Positions 19,783 to 28,477 of a DNA stretch of 49,401 bases are shown in pieces. This DNA is from Acidimicrobiaceae bacterium. GTDB taxonomy: Bacteria; Actinomycetota; Acidimicrobiia; Acidimicrobiales; RAAP-2. The notes beneath the pieces were generated by a model. That model saw only the letters and a program-made list of their open reading frames with translations. It searched no databases and had not been told where the DNA came from. The stretch lies in NCBI GenBank assembly GCA_003169235.1, contig PMPX01000131.1, positions 4,600-54,000 on the forward strand, in the 5' to 3' direction. A program made the position numbers and the translations under genes. Position 1 is the stretch's first letter, and every line of letters begins with the position of its first letter.

Positions 19783-20507
19783 GGAGTCCCCAGGTAGGCG
19801 TTGACGACGACCGGATCGCTGCGGACCTCGTCGGGCGTCCCGCTGGCGATGATCTCGCCGTAGTCGAGGACGTGGATGAGCGCGCAGGTCCCCATGACGA
19901 GGCCGACGTCGTGCTCGACCAGGCAGATGGCGAGCCCCCGCTCGTCGACGAGCTGTCCCAGCAGCCGGCCGAAGGCCTCCGTCTCCTGTTCGGTCTGCCC
20001 CGAGGCGGGCTCGTCGAGCAGGAGGACCTTGGGCTGGGTCATGAGGGCGCGCGCGACCTCGACCACCCGCGCCCGCCCCGTCGGCAGCTCGCTCACCTCG
20101 CGCTCGGCCACGTCGCCGAGTCCCACCAGCTCAATCGTCCGCTCGGTCTCCGCGCTGACGTTGATCCTGCCGCGCCGGCTCCACGAATTGCGGATTTCGC
20201 CGGCCACCCGGATGTTGTCGCGCACACTGAGCGAGGTGAACAGCTCGAGCCGCTGGTAGGTGCGGGCCAGGCCCCGTCGGGCGCGCGAGGCCGGCCCGGC
20301 CCTGGTCACGTCGTGCCCGTCGATCCTCACCCGTCCGGTCTTCGGCTCGAGGAGCCCGCTGACGATGTTGAACAGCGTGGTCTTGCCGACTCCGTTGGGA
20401 CCGATGAGGCCGGTCACACCCCCGGCGGCCACCGAGAGCGAGACGTCGCTCAGCACCTGCGCCCCGCCGAAGGCCATCGACACGTCCGAGACCTCAAGAA
20501 CGGGCAT
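19779..20507 (-). CDS. branched-chain-amino-acid-type ABC transporter ATP-binding protein (LivG-like)
   Basis: It starts at ATG 20507 (MPVLEVSDVSMAFGG). GPNGVGKTT and LLLDEPASG are present, and the LivG-type C-terminus is VVNAYLG. Confidence 0.9.
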   Translation of the reverse strand: MPVLEVSDVSMAFGGAQVLSDVSLSVAAGGVTGLIGPNGVGKTTLFNIVSGLLEPKTGRVRIDGHDVTRAGPASRARRGLARTYQRLELFTSLSVRDNIRVAGEIRNSWSRRGRINVSAETERTIELVGLGDVAEREVSELPTGRARVVEVARALMTQPKVLLLDEPASGQTEQETEAFGRLLGQLVDERGLAICLVEHDVGLVMGTCALIHVLDYGEIIASGTPDEVRSDPVVVNAYLGTP

Positions 20508-22707
20508 CGGCCACACCCTCCACGGCCGCCGCACTCCCCACGGCCACCGATTGGGCCGCCGGCCGCCCGGGTGCCGGCGGCGCCGTGACGGCGCCGGTCC
20601 GGAAGGCATCGGGCCGCACCACCCGCCCCAGGGCCGGCACGGCGACCGCGACGGCGACCGTGGCCAGCACGAACCACCAGTTGCCCATCACCTTCGTGAG
20701 CACGAGGACATAGGCGACGGCCTCCGCCACCACGCCGAGCGCGAGCACGCTCTTGACGTTCCACAACGGGCGGTAGCTGGCCACGATCTGTGGCACGGCT
20801 CCGCTGGGGTTGCGACCCAGGCTGATGCCGACGAGGGCCGGGGCCACCAGGGACAGGTTGGCCAGGGTGTTCCAGATGCCCCCGCCGCCGTGATCCGTGC
20901 TCAGGTTGGTGAAGGTGCTGGTGAGGGCCGTGAATGCGGTGCCCGCCAGGATCCCGCCCATCAGGGCGCCGGCCACGCTGCCGATGCCGCCCACCACGGT
21001 CAGCATCACGAGGGCGAGGCTGATGAAGATGATGTACGTGTTGGCGGTGACGCTGGCCGAGGCCGCGGAGAGCAGCACGCCACCGAGCCCGGCGATCGCC
21101 GCCGACAGCATGAAGACCGACAGCTTCAGCTTCACCACGTTCTGGCCGAGGGTGGCCGCCGCCGCCGGGCTGTCCTTCATGGCCGTCAGGCGCCTCCCGT
21201 AGTTGCTCCGACGAAGGGCGATGAGGCCGATGCCCACGAGGATGAATACGCAGACCGAGGTCGTGAGGAAGGTCTTGGTCGAGCTCAGGTCGACGGGCCC
21301 GAGCTTCAGCGGCGGGATCTGCAGGGTGCCCTCGTCGAAGATCGAGAAGTGCAGGTGGAAGATGGGCAGGACGTGCGGGGCGATGTCGGCGAGGATCATG
21401 TCGGAGACGAAGACGCCGAAGGCCAGGGTGGCCAGAGCCAGGTAGAGGCCGCGCAGTCGGAGCGCGGGCAGCGCGATGAGCCCACCCACCAGGGCGGTCA
21501 CCGCCACGCCGATGAGCAGTCCCCACGGGGTGATCCGCTGGGCGAGGCCCGTGCCGGAGAGCCCGAGGTGGAACACGATGATCGTCGCGATGGCCCCGAA
21601 GGAGACCGGGGCCAGATTGATCTCACCGGCGTAGCCGGTGAGCAGCGTGAGGGACAGGGCGATGATGCCGTAGGTGATGCCGATCGTGAGTGCCCCCATG
21701 TCGTTGGCTCCCATGATCTGCTCCAGGAGCAGGACCACGACGAGGAGGATCAGGCCCCAGGTGACGGCCGTCCGCATGGTGGGGACCGTGAAGCGCTCCC
21801 TGGTCCGCAGCAGGGTGGCCCCGCGCAGGCGGTCCTGGGGCAGCACGATCAGGACGACGAAGAGCACGATCATGGGGAGCGCGATGCGGAAGTCCGAGGC
21901 CCAGGACCAGCTCGAGGGGAAGTACCCCAGCACGTAGGTTCCGGCCAGCCCGAGGACGAGCCCGCCGCCGAAGGTGCGCCAGATGCTCCGGAGCCGCCCG
22001 AACATGGCGGCGGCGATGGAGTCGAGCACCAGCAGGGTCAGCACGTGGACGTCGAGTGTCCCGCCGCTGATCGGCGTGATGAGGATGCCGGCCACGGCGG
22101 CCAGCGCACCGCCGAGCGCCCACGAGAAGGCGGCCAGGCGCCCCGGCCTCCCCCCGTTGAGCTGCAGCAGCGCCGGGTTGTCGACCACGGCCCGCATGGC
22201 GACACCGGTGCGGGTGCTGGTGAAGAGCAGGCGGATGCCCACCGCGATGAGCACGGCACAGCCGAGGGCGATGGCCTCGTGGTCGGTGACGTAGACGCCG
22301 AGCAGCTTGAATTTGGCCGCCTCCCCGAAGAAGAGGTTGTCGGTGCGGGGCACGCCGGGGTTCCAGATCCACTGGGCCAGCGCGATCAGCCCGAGCATGA
22401 TGCCGATGGTGACCACGATCTTGGTCACGTCGGCCGTCTCCCGGAGACCCCGCATGATCCCCACGTAGAGGACCCCGCCCAGCAGGGGAGCCAGCACCGC
22501 GATCACCGCGAAGAGCGCGAGCGGGGCCGGCCAGTTCCAGCCGTAGCGGAGCTGCCAGTAGGTGAACGCGGCCAGCATGGCCATCGCGCCCTGGGCGAAG
22601 TTGAAGATGCCCGAGGTCGTGTAGGTGAGGACGAGGCCCGAGGCCGCGATCCCGTAGACCGCGCCGGTCACCAAGCCGAGGATGGTGTACGTGAGGAACA
22701 GGTGCAT
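20494..22707 (-). CDS. fused LivH-LivM type ABC transporter permease
   Basis: The protein is 737 aa. The N-terminal third, ILGLVTGAVYGIAASGLVLTYTTSGIFNFAQGA, is LivH-like. The rest, with LLTGYAGEINLAPVSFGAIA, is LivM-like. It is hydrophobic throughout. Confidence 0.85.
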   Translation of the reverse strand: MHLFLTYTILGLVTGAVYGIAASGLVLTYTTSGIFNFAQGAMAMLAAFTYWQLRYGWNWPAPLALFAVIAVLAPLLGGVLYVGIMRGLRETADVTKIVVTIGIMLGLIALAQWIWNPGVPRTDNLFFGEAAKFKLLGVYVTDHEAIALGCAVLIAVGIRLLFTSTRTGVAMRAVVDNPALLQLNGGRPGRLAAFSWALGGALAAVAGILITPISGGTLDVHVLTLLVLDSIAAAMFGRLRSIWRTFGGGLVLGLAGTYVLGYFPSSWSWASDFRIALPMIVLFVVLIVLPQDRLRGATLLRTRERFTVPTMRTAVTWGLILLVVVLLLEQIMGANDMGALTIGITYGIIALSLTLLTGYAGEINLAPVSFGAIATIIVFHLGLSGTGLAQRITPWGLLIGVAVTALVGGLIALPALRLRGLYLALATLAFGVFVSDMILADIAPHVLPIFHLHFSIFDEGTLQIPPLKLGPVDLSSTKTFLTTSVCVFILVGIGLIALRRSNYGRRLTAMKDSPAAAATLGQNVVKLKLSVFMLSAAIAGLGGVLLSAASASVTANTYIIFISLALVMLTVVGGIGSVAGALMGGILAGTAFTALTSTFTNLSTDHGGGGIWNTLANLSLVAPALVGISLGRNPSGAVPQIVASYRPLWNVKSVLALGVVAEAVAYVLVLTKVMGNWWFVLATVAVAVAVPALGRVVRPDAFRTGAVTAPPAPGRPAAQSVAVGSAAAVEGVADARS

Positions 22708-22754
22708 GGCCGGAGCTCCTGTCGCTCAGGTCAGAGAGCCGACGCGCGGGGCGC

Positions 22755-24143
22755 TCACCCCTGGGGCTTGATGACCGAGGACGTTGCGTACTGGGTCGCG
22801 TAGCCCTGGGAGTTCAACGCGGTGCCGACGACGGACCCCGAGTTCGGGGCGACGTACTTCGGCGAGCAGTCGAACGTCCCGAGCTTCTTCGGGTAGGCCT
22901 GCACCCACTTGGTGCCGTCGAGCTTCATCAGCAGGCCGCAGTTCGGCGGGGTGTTCTTGGACGGGTTCCCCGAGGCGTTGAGCCCTCCGCCGGTCCAGTT
23001 CGTCACCTTGGCCAGGTGGTTGATCATGCACTGGCGGGTCAGGGTCGACGCGCAGGCCTTGGCCTGGGTGGCCCAGAGGAGGAACGAGGAGGTCGCCTGC
23101 TCACCGAGCTGGGAGGTGAGGCCGCCGTACTTCTTGACGATCGAGAGGTACTGGGCGACGGCCGGGACGACCTTGGCCGCCTCGAGCGGCTCGTAGGACA
23201 GGCGGACGTAGGCGTTGTTGGCCAGACCATCGGTGTTCCACTGGGCGAAGGACGCCGTGTAGGCGCCCGAGTCCATGATCCAGATCGGGTCGTAGCCGAT
23301 CTGGTTCTCCGCCTCGAAGGCGCCGTAGAGGGTCGCACCCGGGGTGGCGTCGTTGAAGATGACCTGCGCACCGCAGCTCTGGAGCTTCTGGACGAACGGC
23401 GTGTAGTTCGCCTCGCCGTTGTAGTCGATCTGTCCGACGCAATTCGGGATGAACTTCCAGCCTGCCTCGGTGAACGCCTGGATCGCCTTGTTGGTGGACG
23501 ACTGCTGGGTCGAGAGAGTGGAGTCGTACACGCCGGCGTGCTGGGTCTTCGAGCCGAACAGCTTCTCGGCCTCGTAGGCCGACGACACCGGGCTGGCGTT
23601 GGCCGGGTTCGGCGACGCCTGGTACATCTCGTAGGCGTTGGCGACGGCGGGCGCCACGGTGAAGCCGGGGACGGCCGCCAGGTTGCAGCCGAGGCGGGTC
23701 TGCTCGGCGAGACCGTCGAGCGCGAAGCCCTCGCCCACCAGCATGAAGTCCTGCTTGCACGCCTGGGTCATGACCGAACCCACGTTGGTGACCGCGGCGT
23801 CGTAGTAGTCGCCCACGATCTTGCGCCCGTTGATGCCACCCTGGGCGTCGCACCAGGCGATCATGTCCTTGACGGCGTCGCCCATCTCCTGGTCGAGCCC
23901 CGGCAGGCCGGAGAAGCCGCGGTCGTCGCCGTAGGCGAGGTTGATCGTCGAATTGGTGACCCCCTGGTCGGTGGCCCCGGTGGCGTGCCCCTTGCCGCAG
24001 GGCGACGGGAGGGTGCCGAACGTCGAGGTCGAGGTCGAGGACGAGGCGCCGGCCCCTCCCGGAGCGATGAGCAGCCCGGCCGACGCGAGCGTGGCGAGCA
24101 GCGCAACCACCCCCACGGTCCGCAACCCTGCGATCCTCTTCAT
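22755..24143 (-). CDS. ABC transporter substrate-binding protein (type 1 periplasmic binding fold, LivK-like)
   Basis: It starts at ATG 24143 with a signal peptide, MKRIAGLRTVGVVALLATLASAGLL. It sits upstream of the permease and ATPase genes on the same strand. Confidence 0.85.
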   Translation of the reverse strand: MKRIAGLRTVGVVALLATLASAGLLIAPGGAGASSSTSTSTFGTLPSPCGKGHATGATDQGVTNSTINLAYGDDRGFSGLPGLDQEMGDAVKDMIAWCDAQGGINGRKIVGDYYDAAVTNVGSVMTQACKQDFMLVGEGFALDGLAEQTRLGCNLAAVPGFTVAPAVANAYEMYQASPNPANASPVSSAYEAEKLFGSKTQHAGVYDSTLSTQQSSTNKAIQAFTEAGWKFIPNCVGQIDYNGEANYTPFVQKLQSCGAQVIFNDATPGATLYGAFEAENQIGYDPIWIMDSGAYTASFAQWNTDGLANNAYVRLSYEPLEAAKVVPAVAQYLSIVKKYGGLTSQLGEQATSSFLLWATQAKACASTLTRQCMINHLAKVTNWTGGGLNASGNPSKNTPPNCGLLMKLDGTKWVQAYPKKLGTFDCSPKYVAPNSGSVVGTALNSQGYATQYATSSVIKPQG

Positions 24144-24252
24144 GACCAAACCCCCAGTCTGGAAGCCCAACCCTGTACGGGTTCTGCTCCGGACACCCAT
24201 GGAACCGTAGAACAGGTTCTCGTTCGACGGGCACACTAGCAATCCACCGGTC

Positions 24253-24269
24253 AAAAAGCCCTGCGGGCC
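24253..24269 (-). terminator. weak intrinsic-terminator-like hairpin after the sulfotransferase gene
   Basis: The minus strand reads GCCC-GCA-GGGC followed by TTTTT directly after the TAG stop (24270-24272). The stem is only 4 bp. Confidence 0.25.
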
Positions 24270-25532
24270 CTACGGGGAGATCGGGGTGCCGATGTGGTAG
24301 CGCTCGGTGTACTCCTTGAACTCCGTGGCCAGCCCGGCATAGGTCCAACCGAAGTCGGCGGGGTCGTAGCGGTGACGACCGAAGGCGTCCTGCGGCCGGT
24401 GCTCCAGGAACGCCTTCATGCGCCGCTCGTGGAGGCGTCCCACCTCCTCGCCGAAGTTTCGGTACAACTGGCGGACCGCCTCGAGGGGGTCCGCCATCAG
24501 GGCGTCGTACTGAAGGTGCTGGCACCAGCCCGCCTCGGACGCCTCGTCGAATGCCATCGCCGCATTGAGGCCGAAGGCGCACTTGCGCCTCCACTCCTCG
24601 GCCGTCGGGCGGGGGTCGTCCCGGCTCGTCAAGGGGCGTTGTCCGGCGTTGGCCAGGCTCGCCAGCGAGGCCACGACTGGCCCGGGGTCTCTGTGGGTCC
24701 AGGTGATCCTGGCGTCGGGATAGGCGGCACACAGGGCACCGAGGTTCCACAGGTGATAGGGCGTCTTGAGGATCCAGCGCTCGGTGGGCTGGCGCGACTG
24801 GAGGGTCTGGAGGGCGAGCCTGTGCTGCGCGAAGGCGGGAGCCATGTCGGCCTGCTCGAGCCAGCGCGCGTAGGTCGGCACGTGAGCCTGGGTCTCGAGC
24901 GCGATCGAGCGCACGTCGTACATGAAGAGCGCGATGCACTCCTCGGCCAGGGTGGCGCCGAAGGGATGCATCGCCTTGAGGGGCGGGTTGAGTTTCATCA
25001 GCCCGCGGAGGTCCTTTGCACTCCGAGCGATCCGGGGATCTTCGGCCGCCTCCTCCAGGGTGACCGGGGGGATGGGGTGCGCCGCCTCCCACTGCAGCAG
25101 CGGACGGGCCACGGGATCGAGGCCCAAGAGAAGGGACAGCAGACTGGTGCCGGTGCGCGGCAGACCGACGATGACCCATGGGCTCACGATCTGCTCGTCG
25201 CGCACTTCGGGGTGGTCCAGCGACCACCGGTGCAGTTCAATGCGGTTCGCCAGGGCCGACGCCAGCATCTTGGAGATCAGGAGGCGTCCGAACGTGGTGA
25301 GCTCGGCCTCGTCCTCGCAGGCTCGGAGGTAGACCTCGAGCGGCTCCCGGTATGAGTCGCTCCCGAAGTCGTCCGACCCCGCCGCCTTGGCGGCGGCCGC
25401 CGTGACCGACGACGGGGTCAGCGACGGCACCGGGTGCCCGAAGCGGGCCAGACGTGCACCGGCCCAGTTCAGGGCGAGGAGCGGCCGGCTGTGCAGCTCC
25501 GAGTCGCGCCAGGTGTACTCGGTCGCGCTCAT
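24270..25532 (-). CDS. sulfotransferase family protein
   Basis: It starts at ATG 25532 (MSATEYTW...). IVGLPRTGTSLLSLLL is a PAPS 5'-phosphosulfate-binding-loop-like motif. The ATG overlaps the upstream stop (ATGA). Confidence 0.8.
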   Translation of the reverse strand: MSATEYTWRDSELHSRPLLALNWAGARLARFGHPVPSLTPSSVTAAAAKAAGSDDFGSDSYREPLEVYLRACEDEAELTTFGRLLISKMLASALANRIELHRWSLDHPEVRDEQIVSPWVIVGLPRTGTSLLSLLLGLDPVARPLLQWEAAHPIPPVTLEEAAEDPRIARSAKDLRGLMKLNPPLKAMHPFGATLAEECIALFMYDVRSIALETQAHVPTYARWLEQADMAPAFAQHRLALQTLQSRQPTERWILKTPYHLWNLGALCAAYPDARITWTHRDPGPVVASLASLANAGQRPLTSRDDPRPTAEEWRRKCAFGLNAAMAFDEASEAGWCQHLQYDALMADPLEAVRQLYRNFGEEVGRLHERRMKAFLEHRPQDAFGRHRYDPADFGWTYAGLATEFKEYTERYHIGTPISP

Positions 25533-26575
25533 CCGCGGTGGACGTCGACGACCGTCCGTCCCACCGATCGGCGCGCCTCGTGCTCGTCGAGCGCGCGGCC
25601 GGCCTCCTCCATGCTCACCCGACGGCCCACGTAGGGCCGGATGGCACCTTCTGCGGCCAACCGCAGCAGGTCGGCGTGGATCTCGTCGGCCACGTCCCGG
25701 CCGAACGGGTTGAAACCGAATCGCCGCATGCCGGGGTCGACCGAGTCGGCCCAGGCCACCATGACGGCGACGATGTCGATGTTCCCGATGCAGGCCATCC
25801 GCAGCGGCCTCCCGGTCATGCCGTTGGCGTCGTCGTCCGCGAACCCGACGGCCAGGTAGCGGCCTCCGTGTGCCGTGCAGCGCCAGGAGCGCTCCACGTA
25901 GTCGCCGCCGGTCAGGTCGTAGACCACGTCGGCCCCGGCGTCGCCGGTGGCGACCAGCACCGCCTCCACGAAGTCCTCCACGGTGTGGTCGATCACCAGG
26001 TCGGCTCCGAGCGAGGAGCACAGCGCCCCCTTCTCGGGGCCACCGGCGACCGCGATCACCCGGGCGCCCGCCGCCTTGCCCAACTGAATGCCGGCGGTGC
26101 CCAGTCCGCTCGCCGCCGAGTGCACCACGAGTGTCTCACCGGCCTGCAGCCGCCCTCGCTTGAACAGGGCCAGGTGGGAGGTCTGGAACGAGAGCAGGAA
26201 CGCCGTGGCCTCGACGTCGTCGAATTCGGGGGGAGCGTCGAACACCGAGATGGCGTCGGCGATCGCGTACTCGGCGATGCCGCCGAGCGCGTTCTTGGTG
26301 ATCGCCACCACCCGCTGGCCGAGCCACGACTCGGCGCCCTCTCCCACCTCGTCGACCACGCCGCAGACGTCCATGCCGAGGGTGAACGGCGGAGGCGTGG
26401 GCACCGACACCAGGTTCCCCCGGCACCGGTCGATGTCGTTGAAGTTGAACGAGGCCGCGTCGACTTTGACCCGTACCTCCTTCGGCCCTGGCTCGGGACG
26501 CTCGACGGTGCGCACCGCCAGCACCTCTCCCGGCGGACCGTGGCGCGTCACCTGCAGGGCCTTCATCTGTGCCAC
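25529..26575 (-). CDS. NADPH:quinone oxidoreductase / zinc-type alcohol dehydrogenase family (MDR)
   Basis: The GroES-like N-terminus is MKALQVTRHGPPGEVLAVRTVERPEPGPKEVRVKVDAASFNFND. The Rossmann site is VHSAASGLGTAGIQLGKAAGARVIAV. Confidence 0.85.
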   Translation of the reverse strand: MAQMKALQVTRHGPPGEVLAVRTVERPEPGPKEVRVKVDAASFNFNDIDRCRGNLVSVPTPPPFTLGMDVCGVVDEVGEGAESWLGQRVVAITKNALGGIAEYAIADAISVFDAPPEFDDVEATAFLLSFQTSHLALFKRGRLQAGETLVVHSAASGLGTAGIQLGKAAGARVIAVAGGPEKGALCSSLGADLVIDHTVEDFVEAVLVATGDAGADVVYDLTGGDYVERSWRCTAHGGRYLAVGFADDDANGMTGRPLRMACIGNIDIVAVMVAWADSVDPGMRRFGFNPFGRDVADEIHADLLRLAAEGAIRPYVGRRVSMEEAGRALDEHEARRSVGRTVVDVHRG

Positions 26576-26809
26576 GTTCTCTCCCCCTTTTCGTTGTCAC
26601 CGGCGGACGGCGCGCCCGGAACGGGGGAGGATACCGCTTGCGACCCGACCGGACGCCTGACGATCCTTCCTCGCGAGGGCGGAGGACGTTCGGCGCCGCC
26701 GGCTCCAGCGCACCGATTCACACAGGGGTAGCCTCAGTTCACGTCTTGATCACCCTGTCCGCCATGGCCACAGTTGTGACTGCTCCATGTCCTCTGAGTC
26801 GTCGGAGGG

Positions 26810-28477
26810 GTGTCCGAAGTCCGACCCAGGGAGGCACAGATGACTGCACCGGTCACGCCAGCGCTCGATTTCCAGCCTCCGGGCCCGGGTTCGTGGAACC
26901 TGGACCCGGTCCACTTCCCGCGCCCGGTGACGAGGTACTTCTCCGATACGCACCCCGAGCCCTTCCGTCGAGGCACGCGTGAATTCATGGCGTACTGCGG
27001 GACGCTCATCGAATCGATGGAGACGCACTACGTCAACGGCTTCGCCTACAACACGATCCATCCGGTTCCGGAGAGCGAGGTCCCGCAGCGCTTCGCTCGG
27101 GCGGAAGTGGTGTGGCAGGACAAGGTCTGGCGCGAGCAGTTGCGGGAGTGGGACGACATTGCGAAGCCCGCCGCGATCAAGATTCACCGCGAGCTGCAGT
27201 CGGTGGAGGTCGGCGATCTCTCCGACGATGGACTGGTCGCCTACCTCACCAGCTGCAAGGAGCACCATTCCCGCATGATGTACCAGCACATGCGCTTCAC
27301 GGGCTCGGCGATGTTGCCGGTCGGTGACCTGCTCGCGCACGTCGGGACATGGACCAGCGTCCCTCCCTCCGAAGTGCTCGCCATGATGCGCGGGGCGGCC
27401 CCGGTCTCCGCCGGCGCCTCGGGCGAGCTCGGGCGGCTCATCGCCGCCATCACCGGGGACACGGCCGCTCGTGCGCTGCTCGACTCGGACGGCGATCCCG
27501 CACAGGTGCTGGCGGAATTGCGTGCGTTCGGAGGCGACGTGGGCCCAGCCACGGCCGAGTACCTGGACCTCGTGGGTTTCCGGCTTCTCGACGGCTTCGA
27601 CATCTCGGGGCGCTATGCGCTCGAGCTGCCCGACGCCCTGCTGCGGGCGATCCGATCGTCCGTCGATGGTGCGGGTGGTGATGCGGGGAACGTCGATGCA
27701 CTCATCGCCGACGTCCGCCTGCAGGTGCCCGAAGAGCACCGTGCACAGTTCGACGACCTTGTTGGGGAAGCGCGCCTGATGTACCGCCTGCGGGACGAAC
27801 GCGGCGTGTTCAGTGACATCTGGGCTTCGGGCATCATGCGTCGCGCCGTGCTCGGCGCCGGCCGGCGGTTGGAGGGCAAAGGCCTCGTCCACGACCCTGA
27901 GCACCTCGTCGATGCCAGCTTCGAGGAGATGTGCTCGCTGGTGGTCGGCGACGGTGGGCCGTCCGCCGACGAGCTCGCACAGCGCTACGCGGAGCGCAGC
28001 GCGCGCACGGCCAAGGAGGCGCCGGCGTCACTGGGCCCGCCGGCACCACCACCACCGGACCCGTCCGGCCTCCCGCCCGCCATAGGCAGGGTCATGCACG
28101 CCATGGGCGTCGCCCTGGGCGAGCTGTTCGGGAGCTCTGTGGAACCGCACGAGGAGCACGTCCTGCGGGGTCTGGCCGCCAGCGGCGGGGTCTACGAGGG
28201 ACCGGTCCGGCTCATTTCGGGCCCGTCCGAGTTCGATCGCATTCAGCAGGGCGACGTGCTCGTGACCGAATCGACCAGTGAGGCGTTCAACATCCTGCTG
28301 CCGCTCCTCGGGGCGATCGTCACCGACTCGGGGGGCCTGCTCTCGCACTCTGCCATCGTGGCGCGTGAGTACGGCATTCCCGGTGTGGTGGGGACGCGCG
28401 ACGCGACCGACCGGATTCCCGATGGCACGCGGGTACGAGTGGACGGCGACGCCGGTGCGGTGACGGTGTTCACATGA
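26810..28477 (+). CDS. PEP-utilising enzyme, mobile (swivel phosphohistidine) domain protein with ~440-aa N-terminal helical domain
   Basis: The C-terminus GDVLVTESTSEAFNILLPLLGAIVTDSGGLLSHSAIVAREYGIPGVVG is the PEP-utilising mobile domain with the reactive His. The N-terminus has SWNLDPVHFPRPVT, as in RPH-like enzymes. An alternative ATG lies at 26840. Confidence 0.75.
   Translation: MSEVRPREAQMTAPVTPALDFQPPGPGSWNLDPVHFPRPVTRYFSDTHPEPFRRGTREFMAYCGTLIESMETHYVNGFAYNTIHPVPESEVPQRFARAEVVWQDKVWREQLREWDDIAKPAAIKIHRELQSVEVGDLSDDGLVAYLTSCKEHHSRMMYQHMRFTGSAMLPVGDLLAHVGTWTSVPPSEVLAMMRGAAPVSAGASGELGRLIAAITGDTAARALLDSDGDPAQVLAELRAFGGDVGPATAEYLDLVGFRLLDGFDISGRYALELPDALLRAIRSSVDGAGGDAGNVDALIADVRLQVPEEHRAQFDDLVGEARLMYRLRDERGVFSDIWASGIMRRAVLGAGRRLEGKGLVHDPEHLVDASFEEMCSLVVGDGGPSADELAQRYAERSARTAKEAPASLGPPAPPPPDPSGLPPAIGRVMHAMGVALGELFGSSVEPHEEHVLRGLAASGGVYEGPVRLISGPSEFDRIQQGDVLVTESTSEAFNILLPLLGAIVTDSGGLLSHSAIVAREYGIPGVVGTRDATDRIPDGTRVRVDGDAGAVTVFT

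Noticed and set aside
20260-22803. An 847-aa plus-strand ORF, with similar very long ORFs at 100-1179(-), 1772-2923(-), 7259-8818(-), 23101-25227(-), 31320-33257(+), 37357-38823(-), 41537-43303(-) and 43578-45299(-)
   Set aside because: Their translations are dominated by Arg, Pro, Gly, Asp and His runs with no recognisable motifs. Each lies antisense or out of frame to a gene with clear family signatures. This is the expected stop-codon-poor artefact of very GC-rich DNA.
26576-26839. A CRP/FNR-type operator (TGTGA-N6-TCACA) upstream of the cNMP-domain operon
   Set aside because: Only half-site-like fragments are present (TGTGA at about 26775, TCACA at about 26718) and they do not pair at the correct spacing. 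I cannot support a binding-site call.
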